From Macrostomum lignano (lineage: Eukaryota): a stretch of 64,000 nucleotides of DNA. Made by a program: the position numbers and the translations under genes. The DNA lies in contig NIVC01001237.1 in assembly GCA_002269645.1 (NCBI GenBank), positions 124,001 through 188,000 on the forward strand. Direction: 5' to 3'. Positions 23,120 through 35,500 of this stretch are shown piece by piece. Positions within the stretch are counted from its first letter, which is position 1. Every line of letters starts with the position of its first letter. Below the pieces are notes generated by a model. The model had not been told where the DNA came from. It worked only from the letters and a program-made list of their open reading frames with translations, and did no database searches.

Positions 23120-23960
23120 GCATTCAGGGGAGATTCTCAGACTGGTTTAGGGGCGATTATTTTATTAGTTAAGCGGCGATTTTTTCATTAGGCCAGCTAG
23201 GGTTAGGGGCGATTCTGATTAGTTCAGAACGATTCTTTGATTACTTCAGGGGTGATTCTTTAATTACTTCAGGGGCGATTCTTTAATTAGTTCAAGCGAT
23301 TCTTTGATTAGTTCAGGCGATTCTGATTAGTTATGGGGCGATTCTTTGATTAGTTCTGGGGCGATTCTTTGATTAGTTCTGGGGCGATTCTTTGATTAGT
23401 TCAGGCGATTCTGATTAGTTCTGGGGCGATTTTTTGATTAGTTCAGGGGTGATTCTGATTAGTTCTGGGGCGATTCTTTGATTAGTTCAGGGGTGATTCT
23501 GATTAGTTCTGGGGCGATTCTTTGATTAGTTCAGGGATGATTCTGATTAGTTCTGGGGCGATTTTTTGATTAGTTCAGGCTTCAGGGGCGATTCTTTGAT
23601 TAGTTCAGGCTTCAGGGGTGATTCTTTAATTAGTTCAGGGGCGATTCTTTGATTAGTTCAGGCTTCAGGGGTGATTCTTTAATTAGTTCAGGGGCGATTC
23701 TTTGATTAGTTCAGGCTTCAGGGGTGATTCTTTAATTAGTTCAGGGGCGATTCTTTGATTAGTTCAGGCTTCAGGGGTGATTCTTTAATTAGTTCAGGGG
23801 CGATTCTTTGATTAGTTCAGGCTTCAGGGGTGATTCTTTAATTAGTTCAGGGGCGATTCTTTGATTAGTTCAGGGCGATTCTGATTAGTTCAGGGCGATT
23901 CTGATTAGTTCAGGGCGATTCTGATTAGTTCAGGGGCGAATTGCGGGGGCGATTAGTTCA
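23120..23960. repeat. 22-23-bp minisatellite
   Basis: Unit GGGGCGATTCTTTGATTAGTTCA, with higher-order variants. Confidence 0.93.
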
Positions 23961-24489
23961 GGTGCAGCTGTCCCACAAAGAACTCACAAAGTCAAAGCAT
24001 GCCCTGAAATGTATGAGAAAATATCAGTTGATACACATTAAGCAACATACTTGATAATGTATTTCATTCTTGAATTAACACGTCCATCACGGTAAGTTGA
24101 AGTGAGTGAGAATCTTGCGCATTTATAGGTAAATATACACTGAACCATTTAAACCAATTCAATTTACATACGGCCCTAATCCTTTTCTAATGCTTATAAT
24201 AACAATAATAATAATAATAATAGAAACATTGTATATATCACGGAAAGGTGTGAACTTCACAGCGCTTCTAGTGGCAATTTTATTTTACCTATACAATAAA
24301 CACACCACTAACCGAAAGGCATTACGCATAAAATAAAATATAGATTTGTGTAGAATGAAACGCGCAAAGACAACCAGAACTCGTTGGCCGACTGACGTAA
24401 AACTATATAGCAACTTGGCAACCTCAGCCTCTGGGTGCTGACTTGGGCGCAGAATATTTATTGGTGATTGGAGAGAAGAGGAGAAATAT

Positions 24490-25130
24490 TTAGGAGAGAG
24501 AGGGAGGGAGAGAGAGGGAGAAGGGAAGAGAGGGAGAGAGGGAGAGAGAGGGAGAGAGGGAGAGAGGGAGAGAGAGGTAGAGAGGGAGAGAGAGGGAGAG
24601 AGGGAAGAGAGGGAGAGAGGGAGAGAGAGGGAGAGAGGGAGAGAGGGAGGAGGGGAGACAGGGAGAGAGGGGGGGAGAGAGGGAGAGAGAGGGAGAGAGG
24701 TAGGAGGGGAGAGAGGGAGAGAGAGGGAGAAGGGGAGAGAGGGAGAGAGAGGGAGAGAGGGAGGATGGGAGAGAGGGAGGAGGGGAGAGAGGGAGAGAGG
24801 GAGAGAGAGGGAGAGAGGGAGAGAGAGGGAGAGAGGGAGAGAGGGAGGAGGGGAGAGAGGGGGAGAGAGGGAGAGAGAGGGAGAGAGGTAGGAGGGGAGA
24901 GAGGGAGAGAGAGGGAGAGAGAGGGAGAGAGGGAGAGAGGGAGAGAGGGAGAGAGAGGGAGAGAGGGAGGAGGGGAGAGAGAGGGAGAGAGGGAGGAGGG
25001 GAGAGAGGGAGAGGGAGGGAGAGAGGGAGGAGGGGAGAGAGGGAGAGAGGGAGAGAGAGGGAGAGAGGGAGAGAGTTAGACAGGGGTAGAGAGGGGGGGG
25101 GAGGGAGAGGAAGTGGAGAGGAGGAGAGAG
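24490..25130. repeat. GGGAGAGA polypurine array
   Basis: Directly visible. Confidence 0.95.
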
Positions 25131-25874
25131 GAATGGAGGCAATGAGAATGCAGGTGAGAGAGCACAGGAGTGGATAGCAGGTGACAGACAGGAAGGCAAA
25201 AGCAGAGATACACCAAGTCACCCCAATAAGCAGGGCACAAAAAAGACAATTAATAAATTTGCAAATGAATAAATTGAGCGATTTGAAATTTGATTAAGAA
25301 AAAATTAAAGTTCACAGCACAATGATATTAGCAAGTATTAGTTAGATAGAACAAGACACACTATTAAAATCTATTAAAGTTTAAAATTAAAACAAACAGA
25401 AACGAATGCACAGAAGTTTACTAAATATATGATAGAAAAATACGAAATGTTTTACAGCTTTTGTTTGTTTGTTTACTGTAATGACAGTGCGGGAGGAAAG
25501 TAGTGAAGCAAATTTACAATAAAGAGTTACAGTGATTAGAGTTGGAATTAAAAAACAAAATTTATAGCAGTGTCAAACAGACAACTTCGATGAGGCTGTG
25601 GAGCTGATAAACAAACTATTACTAATCATATCAGTAGCATATGTATCTCATAATTTGGCATTTTAAAACAAGTGAACACGCCATGATCAAACTCTCTACT
25701 CAGTGGTTAGTAGTAACGCAATGCTTTCGTGCATTTATTAATATTAATAATGCTATTTTTTAGCAAATACGATCGAAGAAATGGAATGATATTTTTATAG
25801 AAATGAAAGGGGAAAAATCTGCGAAAAATATGAGCATGTACGATCTATAATAAGAATGTTATAAGATTCATAAA

Positions 25875-26460
25875 AACGTTTTAGGGCGATTTTTATTTTA
25901 GTTTTAGGGTGATTTTTCTGTTGATTTCAAGGCGATTTTTCTGTTGATTTCAGGGCGATTTTTGTGTTGATTTTAGGCCGATTTTTTGTTGGTTTTAGGG
26001 CGATTTTTTGTTGGCTTTAGGGCGATTTTTGTGTTGATTTCAGGGCGATTTTTCTGTTGATTTCAGGGCGATTTTTGTGTTGATTTTAGGGCGATTTTTC
26101 TGTTGATTTCAGGGCGATTTTTGTGTTGATTTTAGGGCGATTTTTTGTTGGTTTTAGGGCGATTTTTTGTTGGTTTTAGGGCTATTTTCTTGTTGATTTT
26201 AGGGCGATTTTTGTGCTGATTTTAGGGCGATTTTTGTGTTGATTTTAGGGCGATTTTTTGTTGGTTTTAGGGCGATTTTTTGTTGGTTTTAGGGCTATTT
26301 TCTTGTTGGTTTTAGGGCTATTTTCTTGTTGATTTTAGGGCGATTTTTTGTTGGTTTTAGGGCGATTTTCTTGTTGACTTTAGGGCGATTTTTTGTTGGT
26401 TTTAGGGCGATTTTTGTTGGTTTTAGGGCGATTTTTTGTTGGTTTTAGGGCGATTTTTCT
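25875..26460. repeat. 22-bp minisatellite
   Basis: Unit TTTTAGGGCGATTTTTTGTTGG. Confidence 0.93.
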
Positions 26461-26599
26461 AGTGACTTTGGGAAAAAAATTTTCATGGCTTTTCTCAGGA
26501 GACTACTTAGCTTAATTATAGGCGCTTATGAAAATGACAGTGTCTTAAACTGCAAACAGTTTTGAAGCGCAGCACAAAAGATTCTTGGCATGGCACAAT

Positions 26600-29500
26600 T
26601 TAAACATCGGTAGCGTACAGATCCTCATTAGCGTCATCTTCTCTATGATTATAATTTCTATAGTTATAACTTGTAGGAGCGGCAGTGGCAGCGCTACTAA
26701 TACTACTACTACTGTTATTAGTAGTAGTTGCGGTTGGCCGATATCCGAATTCTTGAACACGGGCTGGCGGCAGAACTGCAGACTGCTGATGCTGTTGAAA
26801 CTCCTCAGCCAGAGGCAGCACCCCAGCGGGGGGCCGGTACCAGTGCGAGGCGCCAGTCTGGCTGGGCTGCTGGTCCCGCTCGTACTCCAGCACTGGCCGA
26901 GGCTGGTAGCGAAATGACTGCTGATGCTGTTGCTGGGCGGTTGGAGACGGATCTAACAGATTGCTGGCTGACTGAGTCCTTCGACTAGCGGCTATCAGCA
27001 GATGGTGCTGATGCTGCTGCTGCTGCTGCTGCAACAGGTGCTGCTGCTGGTAGCTGTGCTGGTATTGCTGCTGCTGCTGCTGTTGCTGCTGTTGCAGAAT
27101 CCTGTAATCCGGCGCTGCTGCCGAAGCGGAAGATGACGAAGTGACCGACAGTCGAGCAGATGCAGCTACAAGGTGATGCGAACTACCAACAACGGGTAGA
27201 TGGAAGCTGGAGTCTTGGAAACCCGAGTCCAAGCTCGATTGGGTGACTCTGTGCTGCTGCTGCTGTTGCGCCGGAGGCTGGGCAGAGTATTGATGGAGCG
27301 GCTGCTGCGGCTGCTGATGGTACTGCGACTGGGAGCTGTGTCTGAATGTTGGGATGGGAGAAATTGGATAAATTGTTTCTTAGAAATAATAAAACATGAT
27401 AATTACTTCTAAATGATTTCAGGTAGATAATTGATTCTCAGGTAGATAATTGATTCTCAGGTAGATAATTGATTCTCAGGTAGATAATTGATTCTCAGGT
27501 AGATAATTGATTCTCAGGTAGATAATTGATTCTCAGGTAGATAATTGATTCTCAAGTAGATAAGCGGGTAGATTCTCAGGTAGACAATTGATTCTCAGGT
27601 AGATAAGCGGGTAGATTCTCAGGTAGACAATTGATTCTCAGGTAGATAAGCGGGTAGATTCTGAAGTAGATAATTGATTCTCAGGTAGATAAGCGGGTAA
27701 ATTCTCAGCTAGATAATTGATTCTCAAGTAGACAATTGATTCTCAGGTAGATAAGCGGGTAGATTCTCAGGTAGATAAGCAAGTAGATTCTGAAGTAGAT
27801 AATTGATTTTCAGGTAGATAAGCGGGTAAATTCTCAGCTAGATAATTGATTCTCAAGTAGACAATTGATTCTCAGGTAGATAAGCGGGTAGATTCTGAAG
27901 TAGATAATTGATTCTCAGGTAGATAAGCGGGTAAATTCTCAGCTAGATAATTGATTCTCAAGTAGACAATTGATTCTCAGGTAGATAAGCGGGTAGATTC
28001 TGAAGTAGATAATTGATTCTCAGGTAGATAAGCGGGTAAATTCTCAGCTAGATAATTGATTCTCAGGTAGATAATTGATTCTCAGGTAGATAAGCGGGTA
28101 GATTCTCAGGTAGACAATTGATTCTCAGGTAGATAAGCGGGTAGATTCTCAGGTAGACAATTGATTCTCAGGTAGATAAGCGGGTAGATTCTGAAGTAGA
28201 TAATTGATTCTCAGGTAGATAAGCGGGTAAATTCTCAGCTAGATAATTGATTCTCAAGTAGACAATTGATTCTCAGGTAGATAAGCGGGTAGATTCTCAG
28301 GTAGATAAGCAAGTAGATTCTGAAGTAGATAATTGATTTTCAGGTAGATAAGCGGGTAGATTCTGAAGTAGACAATTGATTCTCAGGTAGATAAGCGGGT
28401 AGATTCTGAAGTAGATAATTGATTCTCAGGTAGATAAGCGGGTAAATTCTCAGCTAGATAATTGATTCTCAAGTAGACAATTGATTCTCAGGTAGATAAG
28501 CGGGTAGATTCTCAGGTAGATAAGCAAGTAGATTCTGAAGTAGATAATTGATTTTCAGGTAGATAAGCGGGTAGATTCTGAAGTAGACAATTGATTCTCA
28601 GGTAGATAAGCGGGTAGATTCTGAAGTAGATAATTGATTCTCAGGTAGATAAGCGGGTAAATTCTCAGCTAGATAATTGATTCTCAAGTAGACAATTGAT
28701 TCTCAGGTAGATAAGCGGGTAGATTCTGAAGTAGATAATTGATTCTCAGGTAGATAAGCGGGTAAATTCTCAGCTAGATAATTGATTCTCAAGTAGACAA
28801 TTGATTCTCAGGTAGATAAGCGGGTAGATTCTGAAGTAGATGATTGATTCTCAGGTAGATAAGCGGGTAGATTCTGAAGTAGATAATTGATTCTCAGGTA
28901 GATAAGCGGGTAGATTCTCAGGTAGATAATTGATACCGGTAGGTACTCAGTTGGTCGATAACTGCAGGATGCAGACACTCACTTGGCGCTTCCAGAAGCA
29001 ATAGACCTTGACGAGGAGCCCCTGCTCGAATCCCCGGAACCTGCGCCATTGTGGTCCACAGCCTGGCCAGACAGAAGCTGTGGGTTGATTTTGAAAATCA
29101 AATATTTTATTAACATTTACTACTTATCATAAGTAGTAGTTTAATATATATAACTAATACAAAAATTTGTTGGGATAAAAACAAAACACAAAACCTGGAT
29201 GTAAAATTTGTCGTTGTTTTTATAACCCCCCCCCCCAACAAGCTGCGAAGATGTGACAAGAACTTAACAATGTCTAAAAAGAAATAAATAAACCCTATAA
29301 TATGTACATGTATACACAACTATACCACCTGTACTGCGCTCCTGCCAATGGAATAAAACGACGACTTTCTCAGTACAGAAGAGAATGACGCCTTTTTTCG
29401 AGTTGATTGTACAACTCGATCAACCGACATCGACTGCTTGGCATTGGAACTTTTTGTCTAGATATTCGGTACGGAAAATACACGGTTACTATGACTTAAT

Positions 29501-32500
29501 ATAGGCAGTTAAGAACGTGAAGTTAATATACTAACTAATCTACTTACTAAGTAGAAATATTGGGACAATGTTATTCTGAAAACAAGAAACTACATGTAAC
29601 TGGAAAATACACTGAAATCTTAATAAAAAATAATTAACCATCAATTTCCCTCTTCAAGCCATAGACAATTGCAATCATTTTCCACTTCAAGCCATAGACA
29701 ATTGCAATCATTTTCCACTTCAAGCCATAGACAATTGCAATCATTTTCCACTTCAAGCCATAGACAATTGCAATAATTTTCCGCTTCAAAACTTAGACAA
29801 TTACAATCAATTCCCACTTCAAGCAATTGGACAATTGCAACTAATTCCCACTTCAAGCCATAGACAACTGCAATAAATTCCCACTTCAAGCCATAGACAA
29901 CTGCAATAATTCCCACTTTAAGCCATAGACAACTGTAATCAATTCCCATTTCAAGCCATAGACAACTGTTAATCAATTGCCACTTCAAGCCATAGACAAT
30001 TGTAATCAATTACTACTTCGAGCCATAGACAATTGTAATCAATTACCACTTCGAGCCATAGAAAACTGCAATTATTTCCCACTTCAGGCCATAGACAATT
30101 ACAATCTTTTCCCACTTTAAGCTATAGCCCTTGTAAAGTTTCAATGAAAAATATTACAATAAAAAAGACAAGCGTGTTTTGAAAGGTGTAGCGAATCGCA
30201 GAAGTATACTTCGAACTACTCTACTTACAAAAGTAGAAATATAAGGAAAATAAGCTTGAAAAGGTAGTTACTACAATACGCTAACTACACTACTGAAAAA
30301 ACAAACTAAGTAGTCAAATCGAAACTCACTGTTCTAGGCGTTGGCGCCACAATGGTGAAATTCTCGGAGGACGAGCCTATACAATTAGTAGTCATCGGGC
30401 TGCTGCTATTGTACATTAGCGACGAACTGTATTGCGAATCGTTTGCCGAATCAGCCGCCGCAGTTGCCATAGCAACTGAATTAGCGGCCTCCTGTTCGGA
30501 GAGTTTACCTCTGAGCTGTTGCATCTTGGCGTTCAAGTTAGATAGCTGGAGAGTAAAGTGTAAACACAATTTACATTAGGAATATATTATATGCACCTAC
30601 TATAACAAATAAAAGGCTTACCTTATCAAGAGCCTGCTGGTACTCCATATGCCGCTGCTTGCGCAACTGTTTTGACTGACGAGACGCCTTCGATTCTCGA
30701 TAGAGCCTGGTTTGAGCCTCGACTACCGCTTTTTGCACCGCTATTTCCTGTTGAAGCTCTTCCAGCTGAAGAGAATGGCTGCTATTGAGTAAAAAGGCAA
30801 ATGGTTGCTAAGGGGATGATGCTTAGGTTGCTGGTTGCTAAGGGGATGATCCTTAGGTGGCCAGTTGCTAAGGGGATGATCCTTAGGTGACCAGTTGTTA
30901 AGGGGATGAGTCTTAGGTGGCCGGTTGCTAAGGGGATGATTCTTAGGTGGCCGGTTGCTAAGGGGATGATTCTTAGGTAACAAGTTGCTAAGGGGATGAT
31001 TCTTAAATGACCAGTTGCTAAGGAGATGATTCTCAGGTGGCCAGTTGCTAAGGGGATGGTCCTTAGGTGACCAGTTGCTAAGGGAAAGAATTTAAGAGAC
31101 CGGTTGCTAGGGAAATGATTCTTAGATGACCGGTTGCCAGGGAAATGATTGCTAGATAGTCGGTTGCTAAGGGGATAACCACCTACGCTACTGGTTGCTA
31201 AGACAAAAATGGCATATTATTCGATAAAAATCAAACCTCGAGAGTAAGATCGGAGCCGCAAGATGACATTGTGTCCGCTGCAGACTTTTGCGAGTCCACA
31301 GCCAACAAGAACTGAGTTGAGACGCACTTCTCAATAGATTTACTGGCGGCCGCCGCCAGAGAAGACTGAGAATTCGATTTACCAGCTGACGAGAGACCAG
31401 AGTCCTGGCTGCGGGAGGCCGCGGCGGGCACTGCGGACACGCCTTGAGTCAGCGCCTGGAATTCGGGGGGGGGTTTGGCCGATTTTTACAGACTGGCACG
31501 GACAGACTCGAGGATGGACACAGGCAGACAGGCAGACACTACAGCAGACACTACAGCAGACACTACAGCAGACAGGCAGACACAAAAGCAGACAGGCAGA
31601 CACTACAGCAGACAGGCAGACACAAAAGCAGACAGGCAGACACTACAGCAGACAGGCAGACACTACAGCAGACAGGCAGACACTACAGCAGACAGGCAGA
31701 CACAACAGCAGACAGGCAGACACTACAGCAGACAGGCAGACACTACAGCAGACAGACAGAAACCAGACAGGCAGACACAACAGCAGAATGGCAGACACTA
31801 CACCAGACAGGCAGACACTACAGCAGAATGGCAGACACTACAGCAGACAGGCAGACAGCAGACACCAGACAGGCAGACACAACAGCAGACAGACAGACAC
31901 AACAGCAGACAGGCAGACAGCAGACACCAGACAGGCAGACAGGCAGACACCAGACAGGCAGACATAACAGCAGACAGGCAGACACAACAGCAGACAGGCA
32001 GACACCAGACACCAGACAGGCAGACACAACAGCAGACAGGCAGACAGCAGACAGGCAGACAGCAGACACCAGACAGGCAGACACAACAGCAGACAGGCAG
32101 ACAGCAGACAGGCAGACAGCAGACACCAGACAGGCAGACACAACACCAGACAGGCAGACAGGCAGACAGCAGACACCAGACAGGCAGACACAACAGCAGA
32201 CAGGCAGACAGCAGACACCAGACACCAGACACTACACCAGACGCAGGCAGCCGCTCTCACCCTCTCCTGAGCGGTGAGCCGCCGCAGCTCCAGCTGTTTA
32301 GCGTCGCGCTGAGCCTTCAAATCGGCCAGCAGGCTGCGCAACTCGTGATAGCGCAGCAGCCGGCGCTGATGCTCGGCCTGAGGCTCCAATCCGGACAGTC
32401 CGGCGGAACCGCCAGCAGCGGAAGCCGCAGCCGCCGCTGTCCGGCCAACCCGCCGCAAGGTGAAGCAGGCGGCCGGATCCAAGCGTGTGGCCCGATCGGC

Positions 32501-35500
32501 CGAGATCGCCGACATGGACGCCGCAGCCGATGCCGCCGCCGACGTAGCCAGCATCAGATCGGAGCTGGAGCTGCGCTGTGAACCCGGCAGAGAATGATGG
32601 CTGTCTTCCACTGGCCCAGCAGATGCTGCTGCGGCGGCAGCGGAGCCATCAAAGGCAGCGGAATTATGGTGCTGCTGATGGTGCTGGGCGGTGGCCAATA
32701 GGCGCAGATCGCTAGTAGAATTGGCTTGCATAATTTTCTGATCGCGATTCACAGACTGAGAGCTGCGAACTGGGTGGGGTTTGGAAGGTAAGAAGGTTAA
32801 GTTATATACCAATTGGTGGCTAAACACGATCCATAAGGATGTATATCACAGCTAAATTAACTATTGAAAGTACTTAAATGTAATGATACCAATGTTAAAT
32901 GTACTTTCTAAAGTTCCTAATAAACTTTAGAAAGATGAAAAATAGCGGACTGTCTGTGTCTGTGTACAGCGACAGCAGTGCATGCATGTACATGACCATA
33001 ATGAGCAAAATGCTGAGGCAGAAGAACCAGAGGTTTAGGAGGAGCGGAGAAATGTAGAGGAGTTGGAGAAGTGGATGGGGAGATAAAGGGATGGAGAAGG
33101 GGAGGCAGAGAAAGAAGGGATGGAGAAGTGGAGGGGAGAGATAAAGGGATGGAGAAGGGGAGGCAGAGAGAGAAGGGATGGAGAAGGGGGGGGGAGGGAG
33201 AGGGAGAGAGCAAGAGGGAGAGGAGAGCGAGAGAGGCCTACGCTCGTAAGTCTCCATCAAAGTGACTCTTCAATATCCTGAGTGACCATCTGAGTGGCTC
33301 TTCACTGACCATCAGAGGAAGACCGACAGAGGGAGAAGGACAGGGAGAGGCAGAGGGAGAGGCAGAGGCAGAGGCGGAGGCAGAGGGAGAGGCAGAGGCA
33401 GAGGCGGAGGCAGAGGGAGAGGCAGAGGGAGAGGCAGAGGCAGAGGCAGAGGGAGAGGCAGAGGGAGAGGCAGAGGCAGAGGCAGAGGGAGAAGGAGAGG
33501 CAGAGGGAGAGGCAGAGGCAGAGACAGAGGGAGACGCAGAGGGAGAGGGAGAGGCAGAGGGAGAGGGAGAGGCAGAGGCAGAGGGGGCAGGGCCAGAGGG
33601 GGCAGGGCCAGAGGGGGCAGGGCCAGAGGGGCAGGGCCAGAGGGGCAGGGCCAGAGGGGCAGGGCCAGAGGGGGCAGGGCCAGAGGGGGCAGGGCCAGAG
33701 GGGCAGGGCCAGAGGGGGCAGGGCCAGAGGGGGCAGGGCCAGAGGGGGCAGGGCCAGAGGGGGCAGGGCCAGAGGGGCAGGGCCAGAGGGGCAGGGCCAG
33801 AGGGGGCAGGGCCAGAGGGGCAGGGCCAGAGGGGCAGGGCCAGAGGGGGCAGGGCCAGAGGGGCAGGGCCAGAGGGGGCAGGGCCAGAGGGGGCAGGGCC
33901 AGAGGGGGCAGGGCCAGAGGGCCAGAGACAGGCAGCTTACACATGGCCAGCCTGCCAGACCGCTTGAGCTCGCGCAGATGACTAGCCGGGCCCCTGCCGC
34001 TGCTCCTCTGCCGCAGTTGCTCAGGCCAGTCCGCAGCCGCAGCGCCAGACGCGGCATCGTCGGCGCGGGTGAACATCGGCGGCGGCCGCCGATCGCACGG
34101 CGAATCATCGTCTTCGGGAATGTCCTCCTCCGCGGCTTCCGCGTAGCTGCCGCTGCTGAACCGATTGACGCCAGAGGCGAAAGAGGCTGCGGTGCCGGCC
34201 TAGTGTGGTAGTGGGTATAAACAATATAAACTCTCAAATAAACCATTTGATTGCTAATAAGATGACAATGAGTAGCCTGAGTGACCATTGGAGTGACACT
34301 AAGTAGCCTGAGTGACCATTGGAGTGACTCTAAGTAGCCTGAGTGACCATTGGAGTGACTCTAAGTAGCCTGAGTGACCATTGGAGTGACATTAAGTATC
34401 CTGAGTGACCATCAGAGTGACTCTTTAGTGACCTAAGTCAGTGACTCTTCAGTGACCATCAGAGTGACTCTTCAGTGACCTAAGTCAGTGACTCTTCAGT
34501 GACCATCACAGTGACTCTTCAGTGACCTAAGTCAGTGACTATCACAGTGACTCTTCAGTGACCTAAGTCAGTGACTATCACAGTGACTCTTCAGTGACCT
34601 AAGTCAGTGACTCTTCACTCTTCAGTGACCTAAGTCAGTGACTCTTCACTCTTCAGTGACCTAAGTCAGTGACTCTTCACTCTTCAGTTATCCAAGTCAC
34701 TGACCATCACAGTGACTCTTCAGTGACCTAAGTCAGTGACTCTTCACTCTTCAGTGACCTAAGTCAGTGACTCTTCACTCTTCAGTGACCTAAGTCAGTG
34801 ACTCTTCACTCTTCAGTGACCTAAGTCAGTGACTCTTCACTCTTCAGTGACCTAAGTCAGTGACTCTTCACTCTTCAGTGACCTAAGTCAGTGACTCTTC
34901 ACTCTTCAGTGACCTAAGTCAGTGACTCTTCACTCTTCAGTGACCTAAGTCAGTGACTCTTCACTCTTCAGTGACCTAAGTCAGTGACTCTTCACTCTTC
35001 AGTGACCTAAGTCAGTGACTCTTCACTCTTCAGTGACCTAAGTCAGTGACTCTTCACTCTTCAGTGACCTAAGTCAGTGACTCTTCACTCTTCAGTGACC
35101 TAAGTCAGTGACTCTTCACTCTTCAGTGACCTAAGTCAGTGACTCTTCACTCTTCAGTTATCCAAGTCACTGACCATCACAGTGACTCTTCAGTGACCTA
35201 AGTCAGTGACTCTTCACTCTTCAGTGACCTAAGTCAGTGACTCTTCACTCTTCAGTGACCTAAGTCAGTGACTCTTCACTCTTCAGTGACCTAAGTCAGT
35301 GACTCTTCACTCTTCAGTGACCTAAGTCAGTGACTCTTCACTCTTCAGTTATCCAAGTCAGTGACCATCACAGTGACTCTTCAGTGACCTAAGTCAGTGA
35401 CCATCACAGTGACTCTTCAGTGACCTAAGTCAGTGACCATCACAGTGACTCTTCAGTGACCTAAGTCAGTGACCATTACAGTGACTCTTCAGTGACCTAA

